Origin: Callorhinchus milii
Lineage: Eukaryota
Assembly: GCF_018977255.1 (NCBI RefSeq)
Contig: NW_024704745.1
Coordinates: 20,026,001 to 20,090,000, forward strand
Direction: 5' to 3'
Length of the DNA: 64,000 nucleotides
The stretch's first letter is position 1; each line of letters opens with the position of its first letter. Both the position numbers and the translations under genes were made by a program. Under the pieces are notes generated by a model. The model was not told the origin of the DNA. It did no database searches and worked only from the letters and a program-made list of their open reading frames with translations. This document shows positions 59,870 through 64,000 of this stretch, piece after piece.

Positions 59870-60680
59870 GCATTTTATGTAGCGCCTTTCACCCAGAGTA
59901 ATGTTTGCAAGTGATTTACAGAGGTTGCTAGAAATTAACCAAAGCGTGGTTGCAGAGGTAGATTTTCAGGAGGCTTTTAAAGACCAATGCAGAGGGATGA
60001 GGTTAAGGGAGTCCTGCAGGGTAGAGCTATAATGGTCGAAGGCATGGCCACAGAAAGTGGAGCGAGAATGCTCAGCTGAGTGGAATTTGCTGAGATGGGG
60101 AAGGGTGAGGGCATATAGGCATTTGTAGGTGAGATTGAAGATCTTAAGTCTTGTCCTGCGAGAGATACGGAGCCCAGTGAGGACAGGGGTGATGAGCATG
60201 TAAAGTGTAGTGGTGGTCAGGATTCGAGTGGCTGAATTATGGGTGAATGAGCCGGTGGATGGTAGTGCTTGGAAGGAGGGCATTGGAGAGGTCAAGTCTG
60301 GAGATAACAGAGACATGGCTGCATTGAATGTGAGATAGGGATGGGAATGAGCAATGTGGCGAAGATGAAGAAAAGTGGTCCTAGTCAGGAACCTGATATA
60401 AGGACAGAAATAGAGCAAAATGCTAAGTATGGTTGTGCACTGGCACATTGAGGAGAGAACTACTGGGAAGGTTGAGATAATTGGAGCCGGAAGCAAGGAG
60501 AATTTGGCAGCACCTGAGTAGGATAACTTATTTTTTGTGAACATTAAGCCCAAGAAAATTGAAATTCATCCAAGACTTGATCACCTGACTGTCACGGATA
60601 TCAGAACATCACTTAACTGGAATCAAGTGGAAGCAGAGGCAGATTTCGGTGGGTTCAGCATACAGATGGTGTCATCAAGG
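59870..60680 (-). mobile_element. L2 LINE 3' fragment (old)
   Basis: Minus ORF ...TTFLHLRHIA..HNSATRILT..ITPVLTGL..LKIFNLTYKCLY; tail GAAAGGCGCTACATAAAATGC. Confidence 0.75.
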
Positions 60681-60849
60681 GGGAATAAAATTACAACGTG
60701 GATTTGTAGATAAAACAGCATAATTTTACCATATGATATTGGAATTTAAATTTATGTTAAATGTAGGTATTTTAAACAGTATATGAAAACTGTTTATCTC
60801 AATTTTTCCCAGCATAATTAACAGTAGAGCTAGAATTTAGTGTAACTGT

Positions 60850-61200
60850 AGTCCTTTCGCTCAGTAGTGAGCACTTGCCTCGCAAGCGAGAGACCTGGGT
60901 TCGATTCCAGGCATGGTGATACATTCGGCAAGTTTCCTTACTCCACACGCCTGTGTTTACCTTGCAGTAAGTAAGAATCCGGTTGTTAGTCGATTGGTGG
61001 ATCACTTTTCTGGGGGTAATAATTCCTTAAAAAAAATTGTTCACTCTATGCATGACTGTTTGTGGGACACTGTTGTGCGCAATTGCCGGGTTTAACCCAC
61101 AAAATATACAGTCAGTTCACAGTATATTTTATGAAGCACTTTGAAATGTCTTGAAGACGTGATTACCCGCTATATCAAATGCAAGGATTATTATTATTAT
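60850..61200 (+). mobile_element. SINE family B (long variant)
   Basis: GCTCAGTAGTGAGCAC..GGGTTCGATTCCAGG head, GTTTACCTTGCAGTAAGTAAG middle, (ATT)n tail. Confidence 0.85.
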
Positions 61201-64000
61201 TAACTTTTCTATCCATCTTGGTCATAAGATGCCAATGATCTTACTCTGCAATATGTAAACTTGTTTATAAACTATAATTTATGTATTTCCTGTAAAATGT
61301 TTTCAATGTTGCTGAATGGAATAAATGGAGATGAGAATGGTTTTATTTTGTTACTTTAGTGCCCTTGATTGTGCAAATCTGTAGAGGAAATGATGCAGTG
61401 ATATGAGGGACGTAATTGTTTGTAAGCATACTGTATTTATAACTCACTTGTACCTTATGAAGCAGTTATTTACCAATGTAAAACTGTGGAGCTTACAATA
61501 GTTAACAACACTAGTCTGTTACACATTGGTGTATTTGGAGTCGCACTTATTTAACTGGAAATGAAGGTAGGATATTTGGCAGTTTTGGTATCGTGTGTTG
61601 CAAATGATAATTATAATAATTGTAAAAATACTACCTAATCTTTATTTTAGAGTCTTGTTATGTTGTCCTTGAAAGATCGTTTTTCTATTTAGATGTTTTA
61701 AAACTGGTTGCAATGTTTTTTTATAGTGCATACAATAAAGATACGTTTAGGGAACTTCTGCAATTTAATGCATGAAACATTCTTGTTTTGGAAGTGTTTA
61801 CGTACTCCCACATCAGGTGTATTATAACGCTTGTAGTTCCCTCTGCTTCATTCAATAATGTACATAGATACCAGTCAGTCAAAAGTAATTTAGTGTATGA
61901 AATGCAGCCTGAGGTTAGACGCTTTGTTTGCATGTTATTGGCTGATTTGTGATCTGGGAGCACTTAATGCTAACTAACCCTGAATGTCAAAAAGGTTTAC
62001 ATTTTTCAGCACTGAAGTGAATCTGTCATCCTGACAAATGCAAAACCTATAAATTTTGAAAAGTGAACTGAATATACGAGCTATCGTCAACATGTTCCTT
62101 GATCTAGGCTTTTTAAATTACGATAATTTTTCACTTTCACCTGTTTACTACATACAAAGAATTATTGCAAATCTGTTAATTCATTTCATGTGGATGGAGT
62201 TTGGTGACAGCCAAAGGCATCTCCTTATTTAGCATATTCTATTGGTAGTGTTTTTGGTCTCATTAAAGAGCAGTTGCAGTATTTTAATAAGTTCGAAGAT
62301 TGGAGAGTAAACTCGTTTTTGCAGAGAACAAATGTATTGTGATGGGAAGCACACACGACACAGGTGATTCAGTTTGGCTGATGAGCGTGTGTATTTGTCA
62401 GAATCTAATGATTGCATTGTGTATCTAAAGATTAAGGGTTTTTTTAGTTGTAAAAATACAACGTTAGTACTTTTATGCAGGTTAGAATGACCTTGAGGTT
62501 AGAACCGTTTGCATAGCTCCATTATACGTTCTTCCCCCTTCTAAGTAGATGGTCGGACTGGAATAATGTGCTTTCTGCAGAATAACTTGCGGAGCCAGTA
62601 TCCCGTGCCTCAGAAGCTAAATTGCCCCTTGAAACTGCTTTGTTTAATGATCATAAATCTGCTCTCCCTTGAGAAGAATAACTTGAAAATTGCCATATTT
62701 TGGATGAATAATCTTTCTACGCAAAAAAGTTTCTTCATTTGTGTGTTCTTCATTCACTAGCAAGATATGTAGCAATGTTATACTAAGTCATGTTAATGAT
62801 GAGAAACTCAACTATAACCTCTCCTATTGGCCCAGTGGATAGAAGCACTGCCGGTGAAGGAGGATTCAAATTGCAGTCAATTCGGAGTTGTCTTATCTCA
62901 CCAGAGCAGAGGTTGGAATACTACCTACAAAAGTGGAGGAATTTGATCATCAAGGCTAAGCTGGAGCTAACTTATCCACTGAACAAACCATTCTAATCCT
63001 AGTTATCTGCTTCTTTCCTTAGCCTTTATACTTACCTGCTTCAAATGTTTAACCCCCAAAAATGGTGGATAAGGATGGGGAAATTCATTTTCGATTGCTA
63101 TTCAGTCACTTCTGCTGATAGATGCACATTGTAAATGTTGGATGAAGATAGAATCGTATTTTGGATTGCTCCAATTTCATCCTAGTTTCAGGAGGAGTAG
63201 GAAGAAAATGGCTCTGAACTTCCATTATCCAATATTCAAGCATTCCTGTGTGAAGTTCACTATATATAAATGCAAGCTGTTGTTGTATCTCTGTGTTAAC
63301 TGTTTAGAAAGCAATGCATTTCGTTCCCACATTCCCTGAACTCAGATGCAGAATTATTTAGCCTTTAAGTTTCTAAATTGTAAGGCACGAGGATAATAAT
63401 TTAAGTACTTATTTTCATTTGCCAGCAAATTACCCTTCACTCTTTCTGAAATCTTTTTATGGATGCAAATCTAATTTTCATTGTTTAGGATTTATAATTG
63501 TTTTTAAATGTGCAGATATTAATGTCAGGAAAAGGCAATATCCAAAATTACTGGGAAAATTCAGTACTTAAGCAGTTAATCGTGTCACATGCCTGTTAAA
63601 TGTATTTGTATCATACGTAGAACTGGGTCTTGCATAAACATTTCCTGTCCTTGCAGTTAACGGGTTGATTCTTCTTTTGAGAGAAAGATGAAACGCAAAG
63701 TATATTAGTGAATTGCGTGTTTGCATAGAAGTGAAAGTTTCAATAATCATTAGTCAATTGCAGATTTCATTTTTTTTCCTCTATTCACTTAAGAATTAAG
63801 AATTTTTGTGCTAGTGTTTGGCTGTAATTGTCTTCTCAGTAACTCAGTAACTTGGTATCAAATGCACTTAACTGGAAAACTTAGGATACTTCAACAGCAG
63901 CATGCATTTATATAGCACCCCTGCAGGATCATGCAGGATAGTACCTCAAATCGCCTGACCAGAGCAATGTACTGTATAATTTGTCTATGATATCAGAGGA

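Overview
Vertebrate genomic DNA, most likely from a cartilaginous fish (inferred from DeuSINE/SacSINE1-like SINEs, L2 and CR1 LINEs and a shark-type Penelope repeat). The window runs from the last two coding exons and 3' UTR of a BCLAF3-like gene (+, to ~5.5 kb) to the promoter, 4-nt coding exon 1 and SH3A-encoding exon 2 of SH3KBP1/CIN85 (+, 44.4 and 52.3 kb). Between them, around a second CpG island at ~9.5-12.2 kb, lie two divergent candidate genes. One is an unrecognised 140-aa Cys/Pro-rich single-coding-exon gene (-) with a splice acceptor and a GCCACC-ATG Kozak. The other is a piggyBac-transposase-derived (PGBD-like) gene (+) with no visible terminal repeats, entered through a splice acceptor; its ~565-aa reading frame is broken only by one -1 shift at ~15671-15683, with an overlapping ATGA stop/start just downstream. 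The rest is repeat-rich intergenic and intronic DNA: two modular SINE families, L2/CR1 fragments, a non-autonomous Helitron family carrying an L2-type tail, a Penelope-type insertion with degenerate hammerhead motifs, a Tc1/mariner MITE, G-rich minisatellites at both promoters and two assembly gaps. Gene names come from recalled protein sequences and synteny, not from database searches. Repeat boundaries are approximate.
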